This document shows positions 39,018 to 48,398 of a stretch of 64,000 nt of DNA, piece after piece. The position numbers were made by a program, and so were the translations under genes. Where the stretch lies: IMG/VR virus record IMGVR_UViG_2799112923_000001; one strand, 5' to 3'. This DNA comes from a virus. Its lineage: Duplodnaviria > Heunggongvirae > Uroviricota > Caudoviricetes. Below the pieces are notes generated by a model that was given only the letters and a program-made list of their open reading frames with translations, did no database searches and was not told the origin of the DNA. The stretch's first letter is position 1. Every line of letters starts with the position of its first letter.

Positions 39018-39384
39018 TTTAGATGATTACAATGAAGAGGCTCGTTTAAGAATAGTTCGTGCGATTGCTGCTAAATATGGTTTTCAAGAACGAGTAATAG
39101 AAGTAGATAGTGATAATCTATTTAATGTTGGAGATACTTGGTGTTTCTATATGAGTGGTGTTGATTGTGAACATTATCACTGGATTATGAGATATGATAT
39201 TAAGCAGACCAATGTTGAAATTGTATCTTCATTGAAAATTTCTAACAACATAATTTTCCCAGATAAAATTTTACAATTATCTTGTTTTGACAATATAGAC
39301 CAAACTATAAGGAATGTTCTAAAATTAAAAAGAAAATTTCAAGAACAGGTGGCTAAAAACAAACTTCAAGAGGATTTCAAATGA
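38983..39384 (+). CDS. xxDF-tail family protein
   Basis: Ends LQEDFK; start may be TTG 39010. Confidence 0.75.
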   Translation: MNLKKLNLTLDNLDDYNEEARLRIVRAIAAKYGFQERVIEVDSDNLFNVGDTWCFYMSGVDCEHYHWIMRYDIKQTNVEIVSSLKISNNIIFPDKILQLSCFDNIDQTIRNVLKLKRKFQEQVAKNKLQEDFK

Positions 39385-39947
39385 ACGAAAATTGTTTAAA
39401 AATAAACTATGACTATGCCAAGAAAATAGATGCCATATTAAAGAAATATGGTATTGAATACAGTTATACCGATTTCATTAAAAAAATAGAAAAGAAATAC
39501 AATGATATGAATGAACTTAAAGACTATGATGAAGACCTATATATTACTTGGGATGACTGTAAGAAATGGAAAGAAAAATACAAATCATTGAAGTGCTTTA
39601 GAACTGAAAAATCAGATTATGAAAGAGCCATTATTGGAATGGAAGGGATTTTCATTCGTGACATTTATGTACCAAAAGACCCAGCATTTAATGTATATAA
39701 TAAAGAGATTGAATGGAGTATTGAATATCCTGATACATTGGAAGAAATTGACCAGTATCTAAATACCATTCAAGAAAATTTAGATGCCATTTTAAAGTTT
39801 CGTAATAATAAAGATTTCCAATCTTTAAAAAAGCAGATGGAAAAAGAAGAAAAAGATTTCAAACATATTATGGATGAACATAATAATAAACTTGAAAAAA
39901 TCCGAAAACAAATGGAAAAAGTATTTGAAGCTCAAAATGATTTCTAA
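39381..39947 (+). CDS. xxDF-tail family protein
   Basis: Ends AQNDF. Confidence 0.75.
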   Translation: MNENCLKINYDYAKKIDAILKKYGIEYSYTDFIKKIEKKYNDMNELKDYDEDLYITWDDCKKWKEKYKSLKCFRTEKSDYERAIIGMEGIFIRDIYVPKDPAFNVYNKEIEWSIEYPDTLEEIDQYLNTIQENLDAILKFRNNKDFQSLKKQMEKEEKDFKHIMDEHNNKLEKIRKQMEKVFEAQNDF

Positions 39948-39977
39948 TAAATATAATCCTATTATGGAGAATGTGAT

Positions 39978-40592
39978 ATGAAATACGAAAAGTTAAATAG
40001 AATCCCAGCAAAAAGAACAATTTGGCCCGAAAATACTGTAGTAGATTTTGAAGCATACGAAACAAAATCTGCTGACGCAGCCTTTGACGAATTGGTTAAA
40101 TGGTATACCGATGCTAAAAATTTATCCGAAAAGTTAGCAAAAGAACTTTCCGATACCAAAGAGATTTTGGCAAAGACCATTCAAGAAAATTCAAAAGCAG
40201 TTTCGGATGCTACAACTGAAGCAGTACAGAATAAGGCAGAAGCAGATAAGTTGTCCTGGAAAAATCAAGAATTGGAAAATCAGTTGAATGAAACCAAGAA
40301 AACATTGAATGAAACCAATGCTCGTTTGGTTGCTACTCAAACTGACTTTAATGCTATGGTAAACCGAATTAACAATAGCACAGACCAAAACAACAATTTG
40401 CAGGAACAGATAAAAGATTTATTGGATGAAAATACCAAGCTCAAGAATGATTTGGTAGCCCAGCAAAATACTAACAAGGCATTAGACGAAAACTATAATA
40501 AGGCATTGAACCAACTCGCAGAAGTAGAGAAAACTATGGGGAGCATTACTGAGTTAATTTCATTCTATAAAGAATGGAAGAAAAACTCATAA
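39978..40592 (+). CDS. Coiled-coil protein
   Basis: Long heptad-like N/Q/E/K/L-rich region. Confidence 0.8.
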   Translation: MKYEKLNRIPAKRTIWPENTVVDFEAYETKSADAAFDELVKWYTDAKNLSEKLAKELSDTKEILAKTIQENSKAVSDATTEAVQNKAEADKLSWKNQELENQLNETKKTLNETNARLVATQTDFNAMVNRINNSTDQNNNLQEQIKDLLDENTKLKNDLVAQQNTNKALDENYNKALNQLAEVEKTMGSITELISFYKEWKKNS

Positions 40593-40601
40593 TGAATACT
40601 A

Positions 40602-41024
40602 ATGAGAAAAGACGTACAAAATTTCATTGACAGAGTTTTTACAAGAAATTTCCGTTTTTTGGATGTTAATCTAAAATGTGCTGATTTGGAAAACATAACT
40701 CTAATTTATGTTCACAAAGAACTTTGTTTTAATGGCGAGAGTAAAAGAAGAGGATTTTATTTTCTTCCAAACTATAATTCTAAATCTAAAGCTGGTGAAT
40801 ACTTAGTTAGTATTTGGAGACGCAAGAAAAAACAAATTAAGAGAATGTATGTTAAGATACTGAAAAAGCACAAATGTAGAGATATAAGATTTTGTAAACT
40901 CAATCCCAAGCATTGTGAAAACTCATTAGCAGCTATGAAAGAAGTGGATTATATGCTAGGGAAAATGTACAAACAACATTTAGCAGAAACTAACTTAACT
41001 AAAGTCAATGAAGATTTTGTATGA
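40602..41024 (+). CDS. xxDF-tail family protein
   Basis: Ends VNEDFV. Confidence 0.75.
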   Translation: MRKDVQNFIDRVFTRNFRFLDVNLKCADLENITLIYVHKELCFNGESKRRGFYFLPNYNSKSKAGEYLVSIWRRKKKQIKRMYVKILKKHKCRDIRFCKLNPKHCENSLAAMKEVDYMLGKMYKQHLAETNLTKVNEDFV

Positions 41025-41398
41025 GAAAAGAAATTAAAGACTATTTAAATCAAAAACTGGATAAAGACAATAAAATCTATTTTAGAAATCTATTTCTAAA
41101 GTATCATAATGTAGATGGTAGATATAATAAAGGATTTACCATCTTTCTTGATGGCAGAACAGAATCAGCTAGGTCTCTTTATCGTGATAAAAATAACCAT
41201 AAAATCATTGACAGAATGATTAAGAAAGCCGAAAAGAAACTCAATTTTAAGGGTACAATTTCCTGGAAAAAAGCCCGAATTAGTGATTTTGAGAGTATTT
41301 GGGGTGTAGCTGGCAAAATTGACGATTTAATTGACATTAGATACAAACGAATAAAAGAGCGAGAATTGCTTAATAAAGCGAATGACGATTTTGTATAA
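41021..41398 (+). CDS. xxDF-tail family protein
   Basis: Ends ANDDFV. Confidence 0.75.
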   Translation: MRKEIKDYLNQKLDKDNKIYFRNLFLKYHNVDGRYNKGFTIFLDGRTESARSLYRDKNNHKIIDRMIKKAEKKLNFKGTISWKKARISDFESIWGVAGKIDDLIDIRYKRIKERELLNKANDDFV

Positions 41399-41401
41399 AT
41401 A
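41394..41401 (+). promoter_or_regulatory. T4-like late promoter TATAAATA
   Basis: Also at 45051, 51708, 58020 and 62937; CATAAATA at 44669, 46063 and 63811; AATAAATA at 49291 and 61472; all just upstream of genes. Confidence 0.7.
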
Positions 41402-41431
41402 CTATAAACAAATTAGTTTATAGGAGTTTAT

Positions 41432-42367
41432 ATGATTAACGAAAGTTTGTTATCAGATATAGATTGGATGGTTGACGAATACATTGAAAACAACCCAAAA
41501 GGTGATACCCAAGGTTGTTGGTTTTATGTATCAAAGCAGTTGGGTAAATTTGACGATTTAGACCAAGAAAGAGCTGCATTTAAGGCTGTTAAATCTGCTT
41601 ATTTGACAAAGATTGGCAGAGCTGACGAATTAGAAGAAGCTATGAAAATCGTCAAGGCTTTTGGTTATAAGATAATCAAAGAAGCTGAAGGTGATGATAC
41701 CGTTGGTGATGAACCTGAAGAAGTTGAAGATGAACCAACTGAAGACCCATTGGAAGATGAATCTGACGAAATCAAGACAATGGTTCATGAACTTGCCGAC
41801 TACACAGGTAATGATTATGCCGATGCTGAAGTTGATTACAATGAAGGTCCAGGTTCATTAGCTGTTCAAGTTACATTTGGTAATGAAGAATACTATTGCT
41901 ATGAATCCTATGACGATGCTGAAGAAGCTGCCAAGGAAGATTGTAAAGAATTGTTTGACGATATTGGAACAGAAGGTATTCGTTTTGAAAACATTGGTGG
42001 CATTGAAAATTTCGTAGATACTGGTTGGTTTGAAGATGCTAGACGAGAAAGTGCCGAATCTTATGTTTATGATATTCACGATAGCGAACCAGATAGATAC
42101 GAAGAAGAATTTGGTGACATGGATGTAGATGACGCAGTTGAAAAATACCTTGACGATGACGGCTATGAAAATGACCCAGTTCAATGGTACATTGACAACT
42201 TCGGTAAGAGCGAATTAAACGAAATAATCAAGAAGAATAACTTGATTGACGAAGATAAACTTGCCGAAGCAATCGTAGACGCAGATGGTCCTGCTAATTC
42301 TTTGGCTCGTTATGATGGTGATGAAATTTCACTTGATTGCGGATATTACTGCTATCGTACAAACTAA
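41432..42367 (+). CDS. Acidic late protein, candidate virion protein
   Basis: Late promoter; internal LEEAMKIVKAFGY motif. Confidence 0.8.
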   Translation: MINESLLSDIDWMVDEYIENNPKGDTQGCWFYVSKQLGKFDDLDQERAAFKAVKSAYLTKIGRADELEEAMKIVKAFGYKIIKEAEGDDTVGDEPEEVEDEPTEDPLEDESDEIKTMVHELADYTGNDYADAEVDYNEGPGSLAVQVTFGNEEYYCYESYDDAEEAAKEDCKELFDDIGTEGIRFENIGGIENFVDTGWFEDARRESAESYVYDIHDSEPDRYEEEFGDMDVDDAVEKYLDDDGYENDPVQWYIDNFGKSELNEIIKKNNLIDEDKLAEAIVDADGPANSLARYDGDEISLDCGYYCYRTN

Positions 42368-42450
42368 TTAAATCTTACATATAAATTTTTAGAAGTTCCC
42401 AAAACCAAAAATTTTGGGAACTTTTTTTGTATATTGCTATATTTTAGATT

Positions 42451-42798
42451 ATGGAAAAATATAAATTCAATTTAACACAATTACTGCTAAAATTCAATAT
42501 GATGGGCTTTGATTGCCTAAATTTGGATTTTAAGAAAGACGATTGGAACGAATTATTTTATAATAGTTCTATGTGGTCTAAATCTGATAAACGCAACAAA
42601 TACTACTATGATTTAACTTTAAAGGTTAAATTGGTGGGTGATAGCATAGTCCTTAGATACCCAGGTAGTGATACTGTTTTAAAGACAGATTTTGACAATT
42701 TGATTGATGTTATAGATACAGGTAGATTTGAAACACTTATACATAAAAAGCAAGCGATTGATGATAAAATTCAAGAAGCAAAAACAGATTTTGAATAA
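42451..42798 (+). CDS. xxDF-tail family protein
   Basis: Ends AKTDFE. Confidence 0.75.
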   Translation: MEKYKFNLTQLLLKFNMMGFDCLNLDFKKDDWNELFYNSSMWSKSDKRNKYYYDLTLKVKLVGDSIVLRYPGSDTVLKTDFDNLIDVIDTGRFETLIHKKQAIDDKIQEAKTDFE

Positions 42799-42806
42799 GG
42801 AAAAAT

Positions 42807-44636
42807 ATGCAGTCAAATAAAAAAGATTTACTTGAATTGATGAAATGTAAACCATATCTAACAACAGACGATATGAAATCATTGAAGTTAAAGCCTGAAA
42901 CTCTAAAAGACTTTTGTGACGAATTTGGTTTCAAAATCAGTATGTTAAAGTATGGCAACGAAGAATATAGATTCTTTAACAAAGATGGTGTAATGGTTAA
43001 AGACTACACCAAACTAGAAGTTACAGACAATGGTTATTGGAAGTTCTCCACACAAACTAGATGTCAGGAAGATTTGGATAAACTATACAAACGAATTTGT
43101 GCTGATGCTAGAAAGCGTGGATTGGTAAAGAATGATATTGGTGTATGCCACGAAAAGATTGAAGATTATAGATTGACCCAATACACCGAAGAAGCTCGTT
43201 TCCCTGATTTCACATTCAAACAGAAATACAAAAGACCAAAAGAAAGAAATGCTAAGTCATGGAATTATTGGGATAACTGGCGAGATATGCCAGAGTTTAT
43301 CTTTGACTTCAAGCCATATTCTTACACAAAAATACAAATGTATTTCAAGAAATCCGACTATACTCTTGAACAACTAATGGAAATTTTTGAACAAAGTTTT
43401 GGTATTAGTCCTGAAGATTGCTGGTACCCAATTCAAAAATGGCAAGAACATACCAAGCATCGTATTCGTTGGTTGGGTGGTGAACATCCTCGTTATCCAA
43501 TTTTCGTTGTATCCCGTGGAAGAAGTGGCGAATTTAAAAACCACATTTCTCACCAGCTCACAAAGATGCAGGTGAACCATTACATTGTTGTAGAAGATTG
43601 GGATTACGATAACTATGTAAATAGTAAACTCAATGAAAGTCCATATTGTACCATTCTACAAATGGATATGAGTTATAAAGATAAGTACGATGTTATTAAC
43701 CCTAATTTGGGTGGTGCGAAGATAGATTTTAGAAATGGTAAGCAAGTTACCGGTCCTGGTGCAGCACGAAATTGGGCAGCCGATTATGCCAAAAACACAT
43801 TGAAACAAAATTGGTGTTGGATTTTGGATGACAATACAGACCAGTTCACCCGATATTGGAGAGGACGCCGAGTTATTTCCCACTCACCCGAAATCTTCAG
43901 TTCTTGTGAACGATTTGTTGACCGCTACACCAACATTGGATTGGCTGGCTTGAACTATGAATGTTTCGCTATTGGTGGCGAACATATCCCACCTATCATT
44001 ATTAACACTCGTATCTATTCTTATGGTTTGTGGAATTTGAATTGCCCATACATTATGCAGCGTGGAAGATACAATGAAGATACCATTCAGTCTCTTGACA
44101 TTCTATCCCACGGTTGGTGTACTGTTCAATTCTCTTGTATGTTGGCAGATAAGATGCACACACAGGCCGTAAAGGGTGGTAATACAGAAGTATTCTACTC
44201 AAAAGATTTGGGTGGTACAATTCCTAAATCCCAGCTCCTAGTTGAAACATACCCACAGTATGCTACAATGATTTACAAGTTTGAACGAATCCACCACCAG
44301 GTAGATTATAGTTCATTCAAGCAGGAACTACAATATAAGCCTGAATATGAGTATCTAAAAGACGAGGAACGAAACATTCCTAATGAACATGGTGCTTATT
44401 GTATTCGTATTCCATACGATAACTTTGATTGGTTAAGAAACGATGAATACGATAATCGTGAATATCTTGAAAAACATTTCCCAAAGGGTTGTGCCGAAGA
44501 TATTACCAATAGTAGATTGTATTTGGATTATCCTGATATGGAAGATTACGATAAATGCCCATATAACTCGCCAAAACACGAAGAAATGGCGAAAAAATTC
44601 AAAGAACACGATTCATTGGAAGGCTACTATCTATAA
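42807..44636 (+). CDS. GT-A fold glycosyltransferase (GREB1/TET-associated type), probable DNA modification
   Basis: YPIFVVSRGR, GPGAARN, WILDDN, GRYNEDT, KGGNT. Confidence 0.7.
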   Translation: MQSNKKDLLELMKCKPYLTTDDMKSLKLKPETLKDFCDEFGFKISMLKYGNEEYRFFNKDGVMVKDYTKLEVTDNGYWKFSTQTRCQEDLDKLYKRICADARKRGLVKNDIGVCHEKIEDYRLTQYTEEARFPDFTFKQKYKRPKERNAKSWNYWDNWRDMPEFIFDFKPYSYTKIQMYFKKSDYTLEQLMEIFEQSFGISPEDCWYPIQKWQEHTKHRIRWLGGEHPRYPIFVVSRGRSGEFKNHISHQLTKMQVNHYIVVEDWDYDNYVNSKLNESPYCTILQMDMSYKDKYDVINPNLGGAKIDFRNGKQVTGPGAARNWAADYAKNTLKQNWCWILDDNTDQFTRYWRGRRVISHSPEIFSSCERFVDRYTNIGLAGLNYECFAIGGEHIPPIIINTRIYSYGLWNLNCPYIMQRGRYNEDTIQSLDILSHGWCTVQFSCMLADKMHTQAVKGGNTEVFYSKDLGGTIPKSQLLVETYPQYATMIYKFERIHHQVDYSSFKQELQYKPEYEYLKDEERNIPNEHGAYCIRIPYDNFDWLRNDEYDNREYLEKHFPKGCAEDITNSRLYLDYPDMEDYDKCPYNSPKHEEMAKKFKEHDSLEGYYL

Positions 44637-44695
44637 CGAATTTTGGTCCCTATCAAGGGACCATTTTTCATAAATAGTATATAAGGAGAATTTGT

Positions 44696-45055
44696 ATGGA
44701 GTTAAATGAGGCAAAAGAAATCCTAAAATCAAAAGGGTATTTGTGCGAAAGCGATGCCAACTATGATATAGATATGGAAACTGCTAAAAGAAAGTTTGAA
44801 CAACTCAAAGTTTCTTACGAAGGAATGGCTAATATGGCAGGAATTATAGCCAGTTTAGCAAAAGAAATGGGTGTAGAATCATTTTTGGATTTCAAAGAAG
44901 ATTTTGATGGTTCGTTCTATTTGACAGTAACTGTTAAAGATAACACATTTAAAATCTATGGTAGTGGATTAGTTTATTTGAATGACGAAGAACCTGAATC
45001 CATGTCTGCTCACGATATAGCCAAAAAAATTAAATTTATTGAAGAAGTAGTATAA
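44696..45055 (+). CDS. Late protein with LxEA..L...GY N-terminal motif
   Basis: MELNEAKEILKSKGY; late promoter. Confidence 0.75.
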   Translation: MELNEAKEILKSKGYLCESDANYDIDMETAKRKFEQLKVSYEGMANMAGIIASLAKEMGVESFLDFKEDFDGSFYLTVTVKDNTFKIYGSGLVYLNDEEPESMSAHDIAKKIKFIEEVV

Positions 45056-45091
45056 ATACTATAAAACATAGAATTTTATAAGGAGTATAAT

Positions 45092-46012
45092 ATGAAATTT
45101 AATGAAGCTAGAGAATTGCTATTGGATGAAGGCTATCGCATTATTGGCGAAGATTTTGAAGATGGCGCTGAATTTGGTGATGTTCCTGCCGATTTGCCAG
45201 TAGAAGGCGAAGAAGTTGGTGAATTGGATAGCGACATTTACGGTGCTATTGAACAAGGTCTTGGTGACGAAGGTTTTGACCCACAAGAAACCGCCGACAT
45301 TATGACTAATTTCACCGACAAGATTAACGAACTTGTTGAAAAGGGTGTAGATGCCGCTGATATCGTAAAGGTTCTCGCATACGAAAATTGCCCAACCGAA
45401 GGTGATGACCTTGAAGAAGAAATTCCAGCAGACGATGGCGAAGATTTGACAGACGTTCCTGTTGACGAAGCATATATGACCGAAGGCAAATCAAAGGCTA
45501 AATCCGACAAATTCGCTCATAAAGAAAAAGTAGCATACAAGAAAAAGAAACAGTCTTGCTGCGAAGATGATGACGATGAAGATTTAGACGAAAACTACGA
45601 TTTGTACGAAGGTAAATCTAAACCAAAGTCCGATAAGTTCGCCCATAAAGAAAAGGTTGCCGGTAAGAAACCAAAGGGTTGCTGTGGCAAGAAGGGTTGT
45701 AAAGATTGCGAAGATGACGAATTAGACGAATCCTTGGAAGATGATTATCCTGAAACATTCCGCAGACCAAATAATGTTCAGCAGGGAACTGATAACTGGG
45801 ACGATTTCAAAGACGATTTCCGTGCCAAATCTTTGTTCTTGAAGAAGGCTTTAACTCCACAGTTCGTATCTGGTATAATCAAAGATACTGATTTTGAAAC
45901 AGACGATAAAGAAATTAAGGCTTATGCTTTCACTATCATTGAAGATGTTTTCGGAACAAAGAATCCTGTAGTAAATCTTCAGGCAAGAATCCGTAAACAT
46001 TTCGTTGGTTAA
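45092..46012 (+). CDS. Acidic late protein with internal repeat, candidate head internal protein
   Basis: MKFNEARELLLDEGY; two copies of EGKSK-x-KSDKFAHKEKVA. Confidence 0.8.
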   Translation: MKFNEARELLLDEGYRIIGEDFEDGAEFGDVPADLPVEGEEVGELDSDIYGAIEQGLGDEGFDPQETADIMTNFTDKINELVEKGVDAADIVKVLAYENCPTEGDDLEEEIPADDGEDLTDVPVDEAYMTEGKSKAKSDKFAHKEKVAYKKKKQSCCEDDDDEDLDENYDLYEGKSKPKSDKFAHKEKVAGKKPKGCCGKKGCKDCEDDELDESLEDDYPETFRRPNNVQQGTDNWDDFKDDFRAKSLFLKKALTPQFVSGIIKDTDFETDDKEIKAYAFTIIEDVFGTKNPVVNLQARIRKHFVG

Positions 46013-46089
46013 TAATAAACTAACATTCAATAATTCAAAGACCGCCAAAAGCGGTCTTTTTTCATAAATAGTATATAAGGAGAATTTAT

Positions 46090-46359
46090 ATGCAATTACG
46101 AGAAGCTATTGAAAAATTGAAAAATTTTGGATATAAAGTTCTTAATGAAGAAATGTATGAAAAAGAATATATGGAACAATTAAGAACTCGTATTCTAAAT
46201 TTTGCGAAAGAAGTGGATTTTACAGTAGACCCTGAACTATTGGAAACTGTAATGTTTGAAGCATACAGTCACGATATGGATTTAGACCAGGCATTTAAAG
46301 CTGTATGGAAAGCAGTTTATGTTGAAGATGGTGCTTCTACAGTAGTGGAGATTGAATAA
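46090..46359 (+). CDS. Late protein with LxEA..L...GY N-terminal motif
   Basis: MQLREAIEKLKNFGY. Confidence 0.75.
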   Translation: MQLREAIEKLKNFGYKVLNEEMYEKEYMEQLRTRILNFAKEVDFTVDPELLETVMFEAYSHDMDLDQAFKAVWKAVYVEDGASTVVEIE

Positions 46360-47141
46360 TGTTAGACGAAGCAAAAAAAGCAGAATTACCAGAAGTTAAA
46401 TTCACCACAAAGTTTTTGGAAACTGAATTTAAAAGATTTAACAAATTATATTTCAATGGCAAATTAAAGCCAATTACATTAACTTGGTCTAGTCATTTAA
46501 AAGCATTGGGTAGATGTGTATCTCAGTTTAATACACTCAAACAACAAATTATTACTCTTGAAATCATTTTGAATAGAAATGAATTGACTGACTATGCGGC
46601 TTTTAGAAACACTTTCGTTCACGAAATGTGCCATTATTTTCACAATGCTTCCATTACAAAAGAACAAATAAAAGCTGCTAATAAAGTTGGTTATGCTTTG
46701 AGCCGCAAATGGTGTAATGCTCTTGGATGGGGAACTGATGGACTTGGACATAGTGGTGTTTGGGAAGCAAAAGCAAACGAATTAAACAAGAAGTTTAAAG
46801 AACTCCACATACAAAGAATTGGTGGTAAGAATGCTGTTGCTAACAGAACTGCTACTGGTAGAATTAAGAAATCCGCTATTAAAGCAGCAGAAGGTAATCA
46901 CGCAGTAATGATTTCTCGTTGGAAAACATATTTTACATTCCTTACAGATGAAGAATTAAAAGCTGCTAAAAAAGATAGCCTTGTAAAAGAAATCTATGAA
47001 TTTGAATATGACCCAACTAAAGTAGCTGAATATGGATTGAAGGTATGTTCAGCATATACTAGAGGCTACAAACAGAAATTCTTTAACTATTTGTGTAAAG
47101 AAGGTGTAATTAAGAAATATACAAAGAAACAAATTAAGTAA
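46359..47141 (+). CDS. SprT-like zinc metalloprotease
   Basis: FNKLYFNGKL, NTFVHEMCH, GHSGVW. Confidence 0.8.
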   Translation: MLDEAKKAELPEVKFTTKFLETEFKRFNKLYFNGKLKPITLTWSSHLKALGRCVSQFNTLKQQIITLEIILNRNELTDYAAFRNTFVHEMCHYFHNASITKEQIKAANKVGYALSRKWCNALGWGTDGLGHSGVWEAKANELNKKFKELHIQRIGGKNAVANRTATGRIKKSAIKAAEGNHAVMISRWKTYFTFLTDEELKAAKKDSLVKEIYEFEYDPTKVAEYGLKVCSAYTRGYKQKFFNYLCKEGVIKKYTKKQIK

Positions 47142-47143
47142 TC

Positions 47144-48394
47144 ATGAAAATAGATTGGTCAAGATTTAACGAAGAAGTACAAAAGGGTGTAGACCTTTGT
47201 AAACAAATTAACGAATACGGCTACGAGGCATATATTGTTGGTGGCTGTGTTCGTGATATTGTTTTGTGGTATAAAGCCGGTTCCAAGGGCGACCCAAAGG
47301 TTCATGATGTAGATATTGCTACCAATATGCCCATTGACGAATTGTACGATAATTTCAAATGTACATCCAACAATGGTGAAGCCCACGGTACTATTCTTGT
47401 TCTACACGATGGCGAAGCATTTGAAGTAACACAGTTCCGTACTGATGGTGATTATAGTGATGGCAGACACCCCGATAGTGTTCAATTCACAAAATCATTC
47501 AAAGACGATACGGCTAGACGAGATTTTACTATCAATGCTATGGGTATTGATGCTGATGGTAACTTGATTGACTATCACGGTGGTGAAAAAGACCTTGATG
47601 CTGGTGTGTTAAGAACTGTTGGAAATGCTAATCAAAGATTTAGTGAAGATGCCCTTCGTATCATTCGTGCTATGCGTTTCGCAGCTAGATTTGGAATGAA
47701 GATTGACGATGAAACTATGGAAGGTATAACCAATGTAAAGGGTAATTTGGATAAAATAGCCAAAGAAAGAATTGGGGCAGAATTAACAAAGACCGCAGAA
47801 TATGGTAAGAAACCATTTGCCGATGTTATTGGTTTGTTAATGAAGTCAGGTGCCAATGAAGTAATTGACCCCGAAATGTTGGTTAATTGGAAAATGGCTA
47901 AGGACCTAACTAGAAAATATGCCGGCATGGATATTGACGAAAAAGACCCAAAAGTTCTTTTCGCTCTAATGTTTTATGATTGCGACAATTTACCAAACTG
48001 TATCAAACTTTTTAGAATGGAAAATGATTTGTTAAAAACATTACAGTATGTTTATACAAATTTGAATTTCGTCAATAATCTTTATGGTGATTTGAATAAG
48101 ACATTAAACATATATACCCATAAAGATTTTGAAATCCTAAACGCAGTTAACTATATCATATCTGGCGAAGCCATTAATAAAAAAGAAAGAAAAGTTTTAG
48201 ATGACCTTGTGAATAATGTATTACCTGATAGTAAGATATTGAGTAATGCTATTATAGATTGTGGTGTTAAAGGTCAACAGTTTGGTTTAATGTTAAATAA
48301 ACTCAAAAATTGGTATTATGGTGCTTATCTTTATCAACATAAGAAACCATCCCAAGATGATATAGAGGACTTCGTTGAAAACGAAATGAGGTGA
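47144..48394 (+). CDS. cca: tRNA nucleotidyltransferase (CCA-adding enzyme, class II)
   Basis: VGGCVRD, DVD, RRDFTINAM, EDALRIIRAMRFAAR. Confidence 0.92.
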   Translation: MKIDWSRFNEEVQKGVDLCKQINEYGYEAYIVGGCVRDIVLWYKAGSKGDPKVHDVDIATNMPIDELYDNFKCTSNNGEAHGTILVLHDGEAFEVTQFRTDGDYSDGRHPDSVQFTKSFKDDTARRDFTINAMGIDADGNLIDYHGGEKDLDAGVLRTVGNANQRFSEDALRIIRAMRFAARFGMKIDDETMEGITNVKGNLDKIAKERIGAELTKTAEYGKKPFADVIGLLMKSGANEVIDPEMLVNWKMAKDLTRKYAGMDIDEKDPKVLFALMFYDCDNLPNCIKLFRMENDLLKTLQYVYTNLNFVNNLYGDLNKTLNIYTHKDFEILNAVNYIISGEAINKKERKVLDDLVNNVLPDSKILSNAIIDCGVKGQQFGLMLNKLKNWYYGAYLYQHKKPSQDDIEDFVENEMR

Positions 48395-48398
48395 GATT

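Noticed and set aside
20334-41398. Integron cassette array or diversity-generating retroelement
   Set aside because: Genes overlap with no attC-like spacers; no integrase, reverse transcriptase or TR/VR pair seen
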